From: an uncultured Erysipelotrichaceae bacterium
Lineage (GTDB): Bacteria; Bacillota_I; Bacilli_A; RF39; UBA660
Direction of reading: 5' to 3'
DNA length: 47,561 bases
NCBI GenBank assembly: GCA_902783985.1
Contig: CACZTI010000061.1
Span: 1 to 47,561, forward strand
The translations under genes and the position numbers were made by a program. Below are positions 46,556-47,561 of the stretch, piece after piece; position 1 is the stretch's first letter; every line of letters starts with the position of its first letter. The notes beneath the pieces were generated by a model, which ran no database searches, was not told the origin of the DNA, and saw only the letters and a program-made list of their open reading frames with translations.

Positions 46556-46584
46556 AATATACTACAAATTTACGAAAATGTCAA
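46556..46584 (-). promoter_or_regulatory. Sigma-A promoter of the type III TA module
   Basis: Minus strand: TTGACA (46584-46579), 17-nt spacer, TATATT (46561-46556). Confidence 0.7.
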
Positions 46585-46620
46585 ATAGTATATCACTATT
46601 ATTATATGTCATTTTATTAA

Positions 46621-47178
46621 TTATTTACCAACTAATAATCTTAAAGCTTCTTTTATTTGTTCTTCAATTGATTTTTCTTTATCTACTCTTGGAATAACAA
46701 CTTTAATTTCCTTATCTTTATAACCAAGTCCTTTTAAAGCTTCCAATAGTTCATTATCAGTATTTTCTTCTTCTACAACACCTGAAATAACAAGTTTACC
46801 TTTTAAATCAAGTATCATTTGTCTTGCTAATTTATCTCCAATTTTAGGAAATTTCTTTAAATATAAAATATTTTCACGATTAATAGCATCAGCTATCCCA
46901 TTAATACTTCCCATTGCTATAATAGGAAGAGCCATCTTAGGACCTAGTCCCTTAACATCAATTAATTTTAAAAACAATTCTTTCTCTTCATATTTTTTAA
47001 ATCCATATAAACTATGTTCATCTTCTCTAATATAATCATAGATATAAACAGTATACTCTTTATTTTCTTCAAATGAATATGGATTAGGTGTATATATTAA
47101 ATATCCAATTCCATTATTATCTAAAGTAATACTATTACTATTTATTTCCACAACCATACCTTTAATATAACTATACAT
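46621..47178 (-). CDS. ruvA: Holliday junction DNA-binding protein RuvA
   Basis: MYSYIKGMVVEI..ITLDNNGIGYLIY OB fold, HhH region LIDVKGLGPKMALPI, and a C-terminal domain III. Confidence 0.93.
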   Translation of the reverse strand: MYSYIKGMVVEINSNSITLDNNGIGYLIYTPNPYSFEENKEYTVYIYDYIREDEHSLYGFKKYEEKELFLKLIDVKGLGPKMALPIIAMGSINGIADAINRENILYLKKFPKIGDKLARQMILDLKGKLVISGVVEEENTDNELLEALKGLGYKDKEIKVVIPRVDKEKSIEEQIKEALRLLVGK

Positions 47179-47245
47179 AACATTCTCCTTCTATTCACCA
47201 ATTATAATATCATAATAATTGATATTAATGAAGATAATTGACAAA

Positions 47246-47264
47246 AAAAGATAAAAAATCTTTT
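47246..47264 (-). terminator. Terminator of the right-end gene
   Basis: The minus strand reads AAAAGAT-TTTTT-ATCTTTT followed by a T run. Confidence 0.55.
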
Positions 47265-47279
47265 TGATTTCTTATCTTT

Positions 47280-47561
47280 CTATCCAACAATGTATGGATT
47301 TGTTGGTGTTCCATCTCCAGAAGTTATTGCTGTTCCAGGAACGACCGAAACGACAGAACGCACGCCCGAGCTAGCGCTAGCCACACCACCGCTGACGCTA
47401 AGGTTGCCACCATACATATTGAACTCGTAAGCAGTGCCATTACTAAAGCTACGAGGCGAGCCAGACCAATAACCTGAATTATTATTTAAATAGAATGTAC
47501 TATTCGATGAACTATATTTTCCTCCGGCATATGCTATTTCATCTGCTGTTATAAATCCTAC
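47280..47561 (-). CDS. 3' fragment (93 codons plus TAG; 5' end outside the window) of a paralogue of the left-end gene
   Basis: The reverse complement of 47454-47561 matches 1-108 at 107 of 108 positions. Translation: ...YWSGSPRSFSNGTAYEFNMYGGNLSVSGGVASASSGVRSVVSVVPGTAITSGDGTPTNPYIVG*. Confidence 0.6.
   Translation of the reverse strand, partial: VGFITADEIAYAGGKYSSSNSTFYLNNNSGYWSGSPRSFSNGTAYEFNMYGGNLSVSGGVASASSGVRSVVSVVPGTAITSGDGTPTNPYIVG
47367..47453 (-). other. Hypervariable cassette (DGR variable-region-like), 29 codons, followed by the conserved 21-mer at 47346-47366
   Basis: Same position as 109-198 in the paralogue. About 55% G+C. The differences are confined to codon positions 1 and 2 in the first 22 aligned codons. 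Confidence 0.5.

Noticed and set aside
286-47279. A DGR template repeat, reverse transcriptase or Avd gene inside the window.
   Set aside because: No ORF has reverse-transcriptase motifs, and I found no second copy of the cassette flanks (GCTCGCCT... / GGCGTGCGTTCTGTCGTTTCG) between the two ends. If these components exist, they lie elsewhere.
1-47561. An alternative genetic code (TGA read as Trp), considered because of the Mollicutes-like G+C content.
   Set aside because: ORFs longer than 1000 codons are intact under the standard code. Trp codons checked are TGG, and TGA terminates at least the 7992-8354 gene.

Overview
This is 47.6 kb of very AT-rich chromosome (about 25% G+C by eye). It uses the standard genetic code: Trp is TGG and TGA acts as a stop. 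The host looks like a spore-forming Bacillota-type bacterium, since cotE, a spoIIM-like gene and ftsK/spoIIIE are present. Most of the window is housekeeping: addBA, dxs, xerD-deoB, mnmA, rel, ddl-murF, tkt, murC, murE, rsmD, tig, ftsK, ruvB and ruvA. I saw no rRNA, tRNA, CRISPR array, transposase or phage block. Five things stand out. (1) Both window ends are inverted, near-identical 3' ends of paralogous genes. Each carries a GC-rich hypervariable cassette whose differences fall only on codon positions 1 and 2, implying an AAY-rich template. That is the signature of a diversity-generating retroelement (DGR), but no template repeat or reverse transcriptase lies in the window. (2) A complete type III toxin-antitoxin/abortive-infection module sits between ruvA and ruvB: sigma-A promoter, 2.1 copies of a 49-nt structured RNA repeat, terminator, then a ToxN/AbiQ-like gene. 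(3) A 1038-aa cysteine-rich repeat protein with a prepilin (class III) signal lies in an operon behind ftsK and contains a 98.5% identical 198-bp tandem duplication. A 135-aa minimal pilin paralogue overlaps the end of tkt. No pilus assembly genes are present. (4) An unexplained intergenic array of 38-bp direct repeats lies next to an XRE regulator with a palindromic operator. (5) Smaller oddities include a histidine-kinase remnant, a MurF with a polytopic membrane N-terminus, a short Rel, and a self-contained two-gene cassette of unknown function. All coordinates and motif calls were read by eye, and no database search was possible.
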